Under the pieces are notes generated by a model. That model was given only the letters and a program-made list of their open reading frames with translations, ran no database searches and was not told where the DNA came from. Both the position numbers and the translations under genes were made by a program. This document shows, piece by piece, positions 12,480 through 23,865 of a DNA stretch of 64,000 nt (its first letter is position 1; the number at the start of each line of letters is the position of its first letter). The stretch covers positions 94,552,001 through 94,616,000 of the forward strand of contig CM059431.1 in assembly GCA_030390025.1 (NCBI GenBank), in the 5' to 3' direction. The stretch comes from Squalus acanthias. Its lineage: Eukaryota.

Positions 12480-13218
12480 CTCCGCGGGGGTAAGGATCGC
12501 GCGCGCTCTTACCTACCGCGCCTGCCGTTGTGTTTTGGGCCCACGGGAACTTCGGGTCCTGGGCCTCTCCCTAGTGGCCGGCACGCAGTGCTTGCGTGTT
12601 CCAGGGGCGCAGTTATTGCGATGCGTCCCCTGGGATCACGTGGGCCATGGAGAGCCAATGGCAGCAGACCATCTTTCATTCATAGATTTGACAGGAGACC
12701 GGTCAAATCTGTGAATTGAAATCGGCCCCAAAAGAACAGCTAAACTTAAAATAATTTTTTTAAATACCATCACATTTATAAAATAACTATAGTTAAATAA
12801 ATTAACCACTTTAAACAAAAATTTTAATTTTTGAAAAAATTAAAATACTTTTTAAAAGTGATAAAAATAAACTTACCTTTCTTTAAAGTATCTAAAAAAG
12901 ATAAACCTGTTGAAAAAATTTTAAAATTATACTTAATTAATCACTTAGCTTTTTCAAAACGGGTCTTATGCCTCCTTTTCATTAGTGTAGTATCTTCAAT
13001 ACTTACCCTCGCGTAGGAACCTGAAAAAGAATCTAAGTGTGCTGCGTGCGCGCAGCCTCTAGCGCGCACGCGGTTCACCTAGGAACCGCCCCCTTCACCA
13101 TACCGGAAGTTCCGGTTTCCCGCGCATGCGCAGTGCATGCAGGAAACCGGCACTTCGGGAAGTAATACGGGTGAGTACGGACTGTGTACTCACCCGGGAA
13201 GGGCCGAATTTTTGGGCC
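12480..13218. mobile_element. Non-autonomous MITE-like element (same family as 25150-25893)
   Basis: Colinear with 25175-25893: GC-rich ends, poly-A/T core, and terminus AATTTTTGGGCC. Confidence 0.75.
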
Positions 13219-14562
13219 ATTATGTTTTGCTAACACAAAGCTGTGAAAACAAGCTTTGAAATGGGAATTGGTTTGTAAATACAGAGACAAAGCCCCTGTT
13301 GAAGCAAACCATTGGTGCTTCCAGAATGTGTAGAGTTTGGAACAAAACCAAAGCAATGCCCAAGTACAGTGTCAAAATCTAACACGTCGAACAGGTGCAC
13401 AGAACATTAAAAAAACCAAGTGCCTTTGAAAAAATGACATCAAGTAAAAGAAATACCTGCCGTAAAATAGTTTTATGTTAAACTTAGAAACAGGAAACAT
13501 GATTAAATATGTAACCAATTGAAATAGCAAAAAAATGCAAAAAACACCCTGGTTGAAGTGTTTTTGATTTACAAGTTGTAAAAGGTACAAATAGGAAGGC
13601 TTTGAAAATATAATATCAATAGATGACACGAAGCAATTACATTATGTTTGTATTGAACTTGGAACACCATGGAGTCACGACATCTGGCTTACAAGCAGTT
13701 AAGTGATATTAAGAATTCAATAGAAAGACTTCCTAAGAATAGCATTAAATAGATAAATCGACAATAACCATAAAAATGATAAGTTTTTAACTCCTAAAGG
13801 TAGAGACAGAATTCTAAAAGTTGGCAGCTGAAATGGCAGTTAGAATAGAAAAGAATTCAATACAAAATCACTAGAGATAATTAGTTTACATCAGCAGGAA
13901 ACTTCAAAGAAAATACCACTAAAAAAAGGTATAAAAATAGAGCTTTTCAGATAGAGAGTCAGAAGTCGCTGGAAGGGCAAGCGTTTCTCAACTTCACAGG
14001 CGCGCTCTGTAAGTTTTCAACTCTGAGTCTCGGGTAATCAAGGTATTTGATTTTGGTGGATATTCTGGATTAAGAAATAAGTAGAAGTGTGGAAATGTAA
14101 TGAAGTTAAGATTTGAGAACAAGGATCTCTGATAAGAAATGTAAGCTATTTGTATTTTGAATGGTTAAAGTCGCGATTGACTTATCAGCTGTTAACTGAA
14201 TGTCGGCTCTTAAATAAATCTATATATTTTTAGAATTGTCTCAAGTAGTATTTCTGTATCAACCTCACAAACTCAATTTCTGTACACTCTTCAGAGAGGA
14301 GTTGCAGAATTCTGGGGGGTTTTCCAGACCATCATAATATCCGGAAGGTTACAGTCTAGTTAAACGTATTAAAAGTGCTATCCAGAGGACGGTAACATCT
14401 TCAGGCTGTTTCTTTCCTTAAGGGAGAGGTAGTCTGACCTTTAAACCCAATTAAGCATCTCTAGGATTCGGCTACCACTAACTTTAGTTGAAGGTGAACG
14501 TCTGGGGAATACGCCTGATCTGGGGTAGTCCGAAAGGGCTAAGACTTGTAATTATCCCTTCA

Positions 14563-14647
14563 GAATTTCATGGAGACTTACGCCATTCGAATGGCCCAAC
14601 TACAGCAGTGGGTTTGTCTTACACCATAAATGCCCCAGGAAATTTTG
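14563..14647 (+). repeat. Dispersed repeat, also present at about 187-270
   Basis: GAATTTCATGGAGACTTAC.CCATT.GAATGGCCCAACTACAGCAGTGGG...GGAAATTTTG occurs at both sites. Confidence 0.7.
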
Positions 14648-15602
14648 CCGTAAGTGAGTTACACCATTATTCACACTGCACCATACTTTTCTGGGCATTT
14701 TGTGCCACTCTACCAATACTCTCGCGGAAACCATGGAAAGTTGATTTTCATAGGTCTGCCCCCAATTAAGTGAATGGCAATCGCAGATTTCCTGGATTTA
14801 CACTAATTTTCTTACCACAGCCACTTAGTCTGAAAAATACTGACACAGGTCACAAGAATGTATTTAAATTCCTGTTCAAAATAATTGGTTAAAGTAAAAT
14901 AAAATCTCCACACTTTTTAAATATTTGTAATTCTTCAATACATCAAAACACTTCTTCATTGTTGTGTTAGGTTTAGTGTATATTGTGTCTAAGCTGTGGG
15001 GCACATGACATTGATGAAAGTGAGAGTGGAGGAGAAATCGTTTAGGCCCATTTTCAGGCCTGAAATGGTCAGCGTGCTCACAGCATGCACCAGAATAGAG
15101 GCCCAAGGCTTGTCCTAAATTGGGCCTCAGGTCTCCTCTGAATAATTCCTCCTGAGGCATCTTGCCAGTTTCTTCTGGACCAATTTGGGCTGGCTGTGAT
15201 TCCAACAGCAGCCTTCAGGTAAGTCCTGTGTGTGAGTGGGGGAAGCGATCCTGAGGGGAACAAGTGAGGGCGGCAACAGCCCGCAGTGATGCTGTGGAGT
15301 CAGAAGGAACATTCTTACTCCTCCTGGCTCCACATTAAGGTAAGTTCAAAAGAAAAAGATTTATCTATCTGTTGACAGCCTCCAGCTGCACTTTAGTGAT
15401 CGCGGGTTAGGCTGCAGAATGAACAGTAAAAAGTGAGCAGAGCATGCCTGGTACATGCTCGACTCAGCTTCTGACCAACTTCAGAGAGGGTTCTTTGAAC
15501 AGACTTTAATTATTTCTAATTTGTTATACTGATTGTCCGACATCCAGCACTGGATGAGCAGAAATTTGCAACCAACTAAATATTGGGAAGACCGAAGTCA
15601 TT

Positions 15603-17900
15603 GGGGGAGAAATTCGGTGTCGCCCATTTTGGGGCGCTAACATCGGCCAGGCACAACCTTTAGTGCCCGGCGAGAATTATCGCCGGACACCATCCTTGGA
15701 GGTGATTGCAGCGCTAAATCAAGCACCACACACCCCTCTTCGGGAGCTAACATTGGGGAGCGGGGCACTACCTCAGAGCACTACCCAAGGCCAGGCATTG
15801 TGAATCGCACCTAATCAGACAAACTGGCACCTTCCAGTTCTTAAAGGTGAGGTTAAAGCATCCTGCACAGCCACACCCTTCTCATTGCTGCTTGTGACCT
15901 GGTCCTGGGGGGAGCCTCAAACCTTGCATTGAGACAGTGATGGCATTGGAGGCCCAGGGAGAGAGCTGCTCCAGTGACCAGGCATTGGAGTCCCAGGGAG
16001 AGAGCCTGCTTCACTGACCAGGCATTGGAGGCCCAGGGAGAGAGCCTGCTTCAGTGACCAGGCACTGGAGGCCCAGGGAGAGAGCCTGCTTCAGTGACCA
16101 GGCATTGGAGAGGCCCAGGGAGAGAGCCTGCTTCAGTGACCAGGCATTGGAGGCCCAGGGAGAGAGCCTGCTTCACTGACCAAGCATTGGAGGCCCAGGG
16201 AGAGAGCCTGCTTCAGTGACCAGGCATTGGAGGCCCAGGGAGAGAGCCTGCTTCAGTGACCAGGCATTGGAGGCCCAGGGAGAGAGCCTGCTTCAGTGAC
16301 CAGGCATTGGAGGCCCAGGGAGAGAGCTTGCTTCAGTGACCAGGCACTGGAGGCCCAGGGAGAGAGCCTGCTTCACTGACCAAGCATTGGAGGCCCAGGG
16401 AGAGAGCCTGCTTCAGTGACCAGGCATTGGAGAGGCCCAGGGAGAGAGCCTGCTTCAGTGACCAGGCATTGGAGGCCCAGGGAGAGAGCCTGCTTCAGTG
16501 ACCAGGCATTGGAGGCCCAGGGAGAGAGCCTGCTTCAGTGACCAGGCACTGGAGGCCCAGGGAGAGAGCCTGCTTCACTGACCAAGCATTGGAGGCCCAG
16601 GGAGAGAGCCTGCTTCAGTGACCAGGCATTGGAGGCCCAGGGAGAGAGCCTGCTTCAGTGACCAGGCATTGGAGGCCCAGGGAGAGAGCCCACCGCTTCA
16701 GTGACCAGGCACTGGAGGCCCAGGGAGAGAGCCTGCTTCAGTGACCAGGCATTGGAGGCTCTAGTCGTGGCAGTCGAACGGCGACGGGCACTGCTGTTCC
16801 CACACACTGGCAGGAGGACATTGCCCCGGGAATTTTCAAGGCTGTTGAAGGAGGTGGCCTAGTATGTCTCCTCCAGAAGCGTGGTGGGAAGGACCCACAC
16901 CCAGTGTCGGAAGAAGATCAACGACCTCACTCGGGTGGTCAGAATGAGTACATGCTTCAAAAACCTCTTCATTCCACCATCCCAACCCCACTGTATGCAC
17001 AGACTGTATACACTGCCACATTCCCAAAGCACACCCACCAACTATGCCCACCTACTAAATGTCACATCCACATCTCACACCCCACAGACATTAACGACTA
17101 TTCAACTATGGTGGGCACATGTGGCAACCACATGGCTGCAGAATCACTCACACGCTGTCCTTATTCTTGCAGGCCAAGCTGGCCCACAACAGGAGTGAGC
17201 AGCAGCACACGGGAGGCAGGCAGGTCGAGCTGCGGCCGCTCACACAGCTCCAGGAAGGAGTGCGGAGTATCGTCGCGAGCCATGTCATGGGAGCTGTGGC
17301 GATTGGAGAGGTGGACCCCCTTGGGCACAGCAACGGTATGTTCATCACCTCTCCCTCTTCCCTCATACCATTTTCCCCTCACAACACAAGTCCTTCCCAC
17401 TTTCCATCTAAGTATCCTGTCTCCATTCCTTGTTCCCTCCCTGCCCTCCTCCCCTCATGTTAAACCCACTCTTGTGCCTTCCTGCTTTCAGACAGTGAGC
17501 CAGCATCTGACCAGCCTGTCCCTCAGCCTGCCAGTGGCAGCGAGGCCGGAGACGAAGAGGAAGATGAACCCAGAGCCTCAGCGCCTGCATCTCCCGAGCC
17601 CGAGACATCGCAGTCACTCGAGGGGAGCATGGAAATGGGCTCTGATGTGTTTGAAGCTCTGGGACCCAGTGGCCTGCAGCAACGCCTTAGGTAAAGGGAA
17701 GCTCAGGGGCCATCTCCCCAGAGGGTGAGTGTGTGCACAAGTTCTGCTGCACAGGACATCGTGACCATGAATACCCAGGCCTTGAGAATGCACACTGAGC
17801 TCATGGGTGCAATAGCAAGGGTGCCCGACAGCATGATGCACTGGCTAGGAGCATGGAGGAGTCCGTCGCCAGCATCTGTGCGCAAACCCTTGAACCCATC
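15603..17900 (+). mobile_element. Truncated Harbinger family B (left TIR plus decayed Myb/SANT gene)
   Basis: Terminus GGGGGAGAAATTCGG resembles 53488. Peptides RTHTQCRKKINDLTRVVR and AKLAHNRSEQQHTGG are homologous to 53849-55722. The exon-1 donor is mutated (ATGAGT). Confidence 0.85.
15943..16760 (+). repeat. 40-bp minisatellite, about 20 copies
   Basis: Unit GGAGGCCCAGGGAGAGAGCCTGCTTCAGTGACCAGGCATT, with minor variants. Confidence 0.97.
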
Positions 17901-18234
17901 CTTGCAACTCTGCAGAGGATGGTAGAATTGCTGGAGGACCATGGGGACCCAGACACCATGCTGCGTGCAATGGGTGAATGTAACTGTTTGCCAGAACTGT
18001 TAAGATTTTGGAGCTGGATGACATGTGAGTAGGATGACCTTAACCTAGAAGTGTCGCTGTTTTGAGATGCAGAAACGTAGTGAAGTGGGAGAGGAGGGGC
18101 AGGAAATTGGGATGACACCAGCTGTGACTTTAGGGGCAGGACAGGTGGAATCATAAACTCGCCCGGGAATCCGACCACTTTTGCCTGCTCCATGGCTGGC
18201 CGCAAGTAAAGGATGATGGAGCTGGTATATTTCA

Positions 18235-18622
18235 AAGACTTAAGTATGAAAATCTAGGCTGACACTCCAGTGCAGTACTGAGGGAGTGCTGCACTGTCAG
18301 AGGTGCCGTCTTTCAGCTGAGACAATCAACTGAGGCCCCATCTGCTCTCTCAGGTGGAGGTAAAAGAATCCATGGCACTATTTCGAAGAAGATGAAGGGA
18401 GTTTTCCCCAGTGTCCTGGCCGATATTTATCCCTCAATCAACATCACTAAAATAGATTATCTGGTCATTATCACATTGCTCTTTGTGGGAGATTGCTGTG
18501 CACAAGTTGGCTGCCGTGTTTCCTACATTACAACAGAGACTACACTTCAAAATATACTTCATTGGCTTTGGGACGTCCAGTGGTCGTGAAAGGTGCTATA
18601 AAAATGCAAGTCTTTCTTTTTT
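18235..18622 (+). mobile_element. DeuSINE-like SINE (AmnSINE/SacSINE-type core)
   Basis: GCTGACACTCCAGTGCAGTACTGAGGGAGTGCTGCACTGTCAGAGGTGCCGTCTTTC...CCCAGTGTCCTGGCC.ATATTTATCCCTCAA, ending in an L2-like tail. Confidence 0.85.
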
Positions 18623-19274
18623 ATATTTTAAAGCCGTTTTATTTGCAAAGTTTCAACCCACAGTGCCCTTCAGATAAAGAGACTATATTGAATGTGGGGG
18701 AGTGGATTGTTTTAAAAGATTATGCATATGCACAAAACAGTTCTGATCGTGTATGTGAAAAATGCTTCACTCACACAGCCTTTTCTGCGAGTACGAACTG
18801 GACTTTCCGTCTCCGACTTTCATTTCTCAGGAGATGGTCACTGAATCTCCAGAGGATGTGACATTTTCCTCCCAGATATGGCTACTGTTTGCCAATACAT
18901 TTTTCACCATAGTTGGGATGCAAATCTGGGGAGGTGGAAGGGGGATTGTGTGTATGGGACTTCCACCTGTCGCAAAGAGGAGCCCCTGATTCTGGCTGAT
19001 CTTCCAGCTTCAGAGTCACTTACATTTGGGAGGTGGGCTGCCTCGACCTCGCGCCAGGGTTGGAGGTCAGCCACGTGGAGAGTGCAGGCTGTCTGCAACA
19101 GTGACAAAAAAATTCTATGGCATTCTTTCTAACCTGTGCAAGGCAATGCTCTTTGAATGTGAGTGATGGATGAATAAAAACATTTCTGCTCAATGCTCCT
19201 GGCTCCATGAAGCTATGTGCTGGGGAAGATAATTCATAAACCCACACATTACTTGTGAGGGGTACTGTCACCAA

Positions 19275-20506
19275 GATTACATAGGATTACATAGGATTAC
19301 ATAGGGTATACGGCACAGAAACAGGCCATTCGGCCCAACCAGTTCATTCCGGCATATATGCTACACTCAAGCCTCCTCCCATTTCTCCTCATCTAAATCT
19401 ATCAGCATAACCCTCTATTCCCTTCTCCCTCATATGCTTGTCTAGCCTCCCCTTAAATGCATCTATACGATTCGCTTCAACCACTCCCTGTGGTAGCGAG
19501 TTCCACATTCTCACCACACTTTGGGTAAATTAGGACTTTGGGCAAAGAAGTTTCTTCTGAATTCCCGATTGGATTTCTTGGTGACTATCTTATATTGATG
19601 GCCTTTAGTTTTGCTCTTCCCCACAAGTGGAAGCATTCTCTCAGCATCCACTCTACCAAAACCTTTCATAATTTTACAGACCTCTATTAGGCCACCCCTC
19701 AGCCTTCTTTTTTCAAGGGAAAAGAGACCCAGCCTGTTCATCCTTTCCTGATATGTATACCCTCGCATTTCTGATATCCTTGTAAATCTTCTCTGAACCC
19801 TCTCCAGTACCTCTATATCCTTTTTATAATATGGCGACCAGAACTGTACACAGTACTCTAAGTGTGGTCTAACCAAGGTTTGATACAGGTTTAGCACAAC
19901 TTCCCTACTTTTCAATTCTATCCCTTTAGAAATATACCCTAGAGCTTGTTTTTTTTGTGGCCTTGCTAAACTCCCTTGCAACTTTTCGTGATTTGTGTAT
20001 TTGTACTGCCTTGTTCCTCTACCCCACCTAGACTCGCACCCTCCAAGGAATAAGTGACGACCCTATTCTTCCTAACAAAATGTAATATCTCACATTTATC
20101 TGTGTTGAACTTCATTTGCTAATTATATGCCCATTCTGCAAGTTTATTAATGTCCTCCTGTAATTAGTTGCAGTCCTCCTCAGTATTGACTAAGGTGGAC
20201 CAATGTGGTGTTTTCTGCAAATTTAGAAATTGTGTTTTTGATTACAAAGTCTAAATCGTTAATGTAAATTGTGAACAGTAGTGATCCCAGCACTGATCCT
20301 TGTGGAACACCACTACCCACCTTCTGCCACTGTGAATAGCTACCCTTTACTCCTACTCTCTGCTTTCTGTCTTGTAGCCAGTTGAAATCCATTCTGCTAC
20401 TTGTCCCCTGACTCCGCATTCTCTGACCTTGTCCATCAGTCTATTATGGGGTAACTTATCAAAGGCCTTTTGAAAATCTAGATAAATTACATCTACTGCA
20501 TTACCG
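19275..20506 (-). mobile_element. CR1 LINE 3' fragment (RT C-terminus), (GATTACATAG)n tail
   Basis: [25 protein letters not shown] and LERVQRRFTR motifs. Confidence 0.92.
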
Positions 20507-20944
20507 CTTTTTAATTTCTAAACGGACCGTGATGTGAATCAGAATGAAATGTGCCGTCGTGTCACGAGGGCCGAACCTGCGACCGGGCACTGCCAGTGAG
20601 GAGTGGTGCCTGTAGCTGGTGCAACTCAGCTAATCACAACCCATGAATTCCAGTTCCATGCCCTCTGTGGGTGCCCGATTGTGAAACCAAGCCCTCATAT
20701 CATCCTGACAATGTGACATGGGAAATCTTCTCCCTTCTAAAATAAAATAGGGCACTGTCTCCACAGAGCCTTCTCTCTGTTTGAGGGCATCAGACAGAGA
20801 GTGTATCATTTTTATAATGATCGTGTGATATGGAGGTGATGTGATGCTGTTTCGATAGGACATATGCCTTTGTGCCATCTGTCCACCAAACACTTGTTTA
20901 TGAATACATTGCACCTTTACTCAGCACTTGATTTTATCAATGCT

Positions 20945-21012
20945 TATTTACTTAACGCCTTGGGCCGTTTTACTACGTTAAAGGCGCTATATAAATACAG
21001 GTTGTTGTTGTT
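20945..21012 (+). mobile_element. L2 LINE 3' tail fragment
   Basis: CGCCTTGGG..GTTTTACTACGTTAAAGGCGCTATATAAAT...(GTT)n, the same tail as the element ending at 34766. Confidence 0.7.
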
Positions 21013-21395
21013 AATGCCGGCTAATTGTTGATCTTGTGCTCCCAGCTGAGCGCTTCACCTACTGGCAAGCCACACACAACATGTGGTCAGATTTCTGATA
21101 CATTCTGCTGGTGGGTGAGGCTCCTTGCAGGGAGAGTGAAATGACCAAACTCTGTTCTGTGCTTTGAATGGAGCCCACAGTTTCTGTGGATTATATTTCA
21201 AAAGTCACGTGTGGCCACTGCTTGACACAGACTGCCTGTAATGTGAGAAGACTCCACAATTTAATTTATGGTCAGCTGCCTGGTTTACCAGCACACAATT
21301 AAACATTTCCTCTTTCTGTAATATTCACAGCCATTCTGACCAGAGATGGTAATAATAACGCAACAATAGGAGAAAACCAGAATGACAAAGTGTGA

Positions 21396-23291
21396 AATAA
21401 CAACAGAAAACGATGGAAAAACTCAGCAGGCCAGGCAGCATCCGTGGAGAGAGAAACAGAGTTAACGTTTCAGGTCGAAGACCTTTTGTCAGAACTGGAA
21501 ATAGCAGGAAATCAAATAGATTTAAGGCCAGGATAAAGCTGGGAAAAGGGGGAGGGGATGAAAGAACAAAACGAGAGATTAAGAGACATTGAGAGACATT
21601 AAGAGATGATCAAGGCAAGAGGTGGTGTTAATGTGACAGGTTGAGGCTAAAAGAAGTGTGAAATGCACTGGCAGAATGAAGGACAGCTGCCAGCTTCTGG
21701 GAGGGAAAAAAAAGGGGGGGGGGGCAAACAAAAGGGTGGATGAAAAAATAAATGTGATAGGGGCTGAGGTTATGATCTAAAATTGTTGAACTCGATATTG
21801 AGTCCAGAGGGCTGTAGGGTGCCTAAATGAAAGATGAGGTGCTGTTCCTCGAGCTTACGCTGCGCTTCCGTGGAACAGTGTAATAGGCCGAGGATGGTGA
21901 GGTCAGGGTGGGAGTGGAGCGGAGAATTAAAGTGACAGGCCACCGGGAGCTCGGGGTCCCCCTTACGGACTGAACGGAGGTGTTCCGCAAAGCGGTCACC
22001 CAATCTGCGTTTGGTCTCCCCAATGTAGAGGAGACCACATCGTGAGCAGCGAATACAGTATACTAAATTGCAAGAAGTACAAGTAAATCGCTGTTTCACC
22101 TGGATGGGGTGTTTGGGGCCCTGGACAGTGGGAAGAGGGGAGGTATAAGGGCATGTGTTTCATCTCCTGCGCTTGCACGGGAAGGTGCTGGGCGAAGGGG
22201 AAGGGGTGCTGGGGGTGGTAGAGGAGTGGACTAGGGTGTCGCGGAGGGAGCGGTCCCTGCGGAATGCTGAAAGGGGAGGTGAGGGGAAGATGCGTTTGGT
22301 GGTGGGATCACGCTGGAGGTGGCGGAAATGGCGGAGGATGATCCGTTGAATGTGGAGGCTGGTGGGGTGAAAGGTGAGGACAAGGGGAACTCTATCGTGG
22401 TTCCGGGATGGAGGGGCAGGGGTGAGGGCAGAAGTGCGAGAGATAGAACGGACATGGTCGAGGGCCGTGTCGACCACGGTAGAGGGGAATCCTCGGTTGA
22501 GGAAAAAGGAAGACATGTCGGAAGCACTGGTATGGAAGGTGGCATCATCAGAGCAGATGCGGCGGAGACGGAGAAACTGGGAGAATGGAATAGAGTCCTT
22601 ACAGGAGGCGGAGTGGGAGGAAGTGTAGTCCAGGTAGCTGTGGGAGTCAGTGGGCTTGTAGTGAATGTTAGTCAATAACCTATCTCCAGAGATGGAGACG
22701 GAGAAGTCGAGGAAGGGAAGGGAAGAGTCGGAGATGGACCATGTGAAGGTGAGGGAAGGGTGGAAATTGGAAGCATAGTGAATGAAATGTTCTAGTTCAG
22801 GGCGAGAGCAGGAGACGGCACCGATACAGTCATCAATGTACCGGAAAAAGAGGTGAGGGAGGGGACCTGAGTAGGACTGGAAGAAATAGTGTTCCACATA
22901 TCCCACGGAAAGGCAGGCATAACTAGGACCCATGCGGGTACCCATAGCAACACCTTTAATTTGGAGGAAATGGGTGGAGTCAAAGGAGAAGCTGTTCAAT
23001 GTGAGAACAAGTTCAGCCAGGCGGAGGAGGGTGGTGGTGGATGGGGACTGGTTGGCCCTCTGTTCATTGAAGAAGCAGAGCGCCCTCAGGCCATCCTGGT
23101 GGGGAATGGAGGTGCAGAGGGATTCTACGTCCATAGTGAAAAGGAGGCGGTTGGGGCCGGGAAACTGGAAACTGTTAAAAATGGCAGAGGGCGTCAGAAG
23201 AGTCGCGGATGTAGGTGGGAAGAGACTGGACAAGGGGAGAAAAAATAGAGTCGAGATAGGAAGAGATAAGTTCCGTGGGACAAGAACAGGC
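21396..23291 (-). mobile_element. 5'-truncated Penelope-like element (RT plus GIY-YIG endonuclease)
   Basis: GVAMGTRMGPSYA, FRYIDD, FLD, and VYCIRC...LYIGETKRRL..RFAEH. ORFs 22160-23233 and 21770-22099 share one frame, split by a single TGA. A 13-bp direct repeat TGACAAAGTGTGA flanks it (21383-21395, 23292-23304). Confidence 0.93.
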
Positions 23292-23387
23292 TGACAAAGT
23301 GTGAGTCAGGCTGCTTGAATGGAAGAGGCTGAAAACTACATTGAATCATCTACTAAGATGATGTTCTTCATACACTTTGAAGGTGTG

Positions 23388-23850
23388 GGGCTGGATTTTC
23401 CTCACAGTGAACATCTACCCATCGCCCTAAACCTGTCGTAACCCCGACCTATTTTCCTGGGACAGGACTCTTTAAGTAAGCATGCTGGGCTCCCAGTGGG
23501 ACCCCCACCATTAAAGGCCAGAAAATGTAGTGGTGCATTTAAATTTTCTTTGATGGCATCAGATTCAGCCAATAGGGGAAAGATTGCATTTGGGGCCTAT
23601 GTGCAGGGAGAGACGACCACTACTCGACCCTCACCCTCGATTCTGTGAGTTAGGGGGCTACCACTCCTGCCCCAGGGATTACTGCTACCCTATGCTTGCT
23701 AGATCTCTGGAGTCAATAGAGACAGCAGCAGTAAGCAGGCAAATCCAGCGGTTGTTGGGCCCAGCCTCCTCACCAACATTTACACTCAGTGGGTATAGAA
23801 GAGACAGCCAGTGTGGGGCTGGTTGGTGGGACTGGGTGTGTAAGACTTAG
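23388..23850. mobile_element. Possible Harbinger-type MITE fragment
   Basis: Begins GGGCTGGATTTT, the same as the family A TIR. The other end was not located. Confidence 0.35.
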
Positions 23851-23865
23851 GCCTGTTTCTTACCT

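Noticed and set aside
13300..14560. AT-rich segment as a possible L1 or ERV remnant
   Set aside because: I could not find any diagnostic motif or terminus, so it is left unannotated.
15943..16760. CRISPR-like regular repeat
   Set aside because: The units are contiguous with no unique spacers, the context is eukaryotic, and the unit derives from a transposon exon.
16904..17728. 274-aa ORF
   Set aside because: It is an off-frame read through introns of a decayed Harbinger Myb gene.
20630..20914. ORF ending ...EGMELEFMGCD, faintly like a discoidin/F5-8C domain end
   Set aside because: Only a few residues resemble the motif and the upstream RYVRI-type motif is absent, so this is likely chance.
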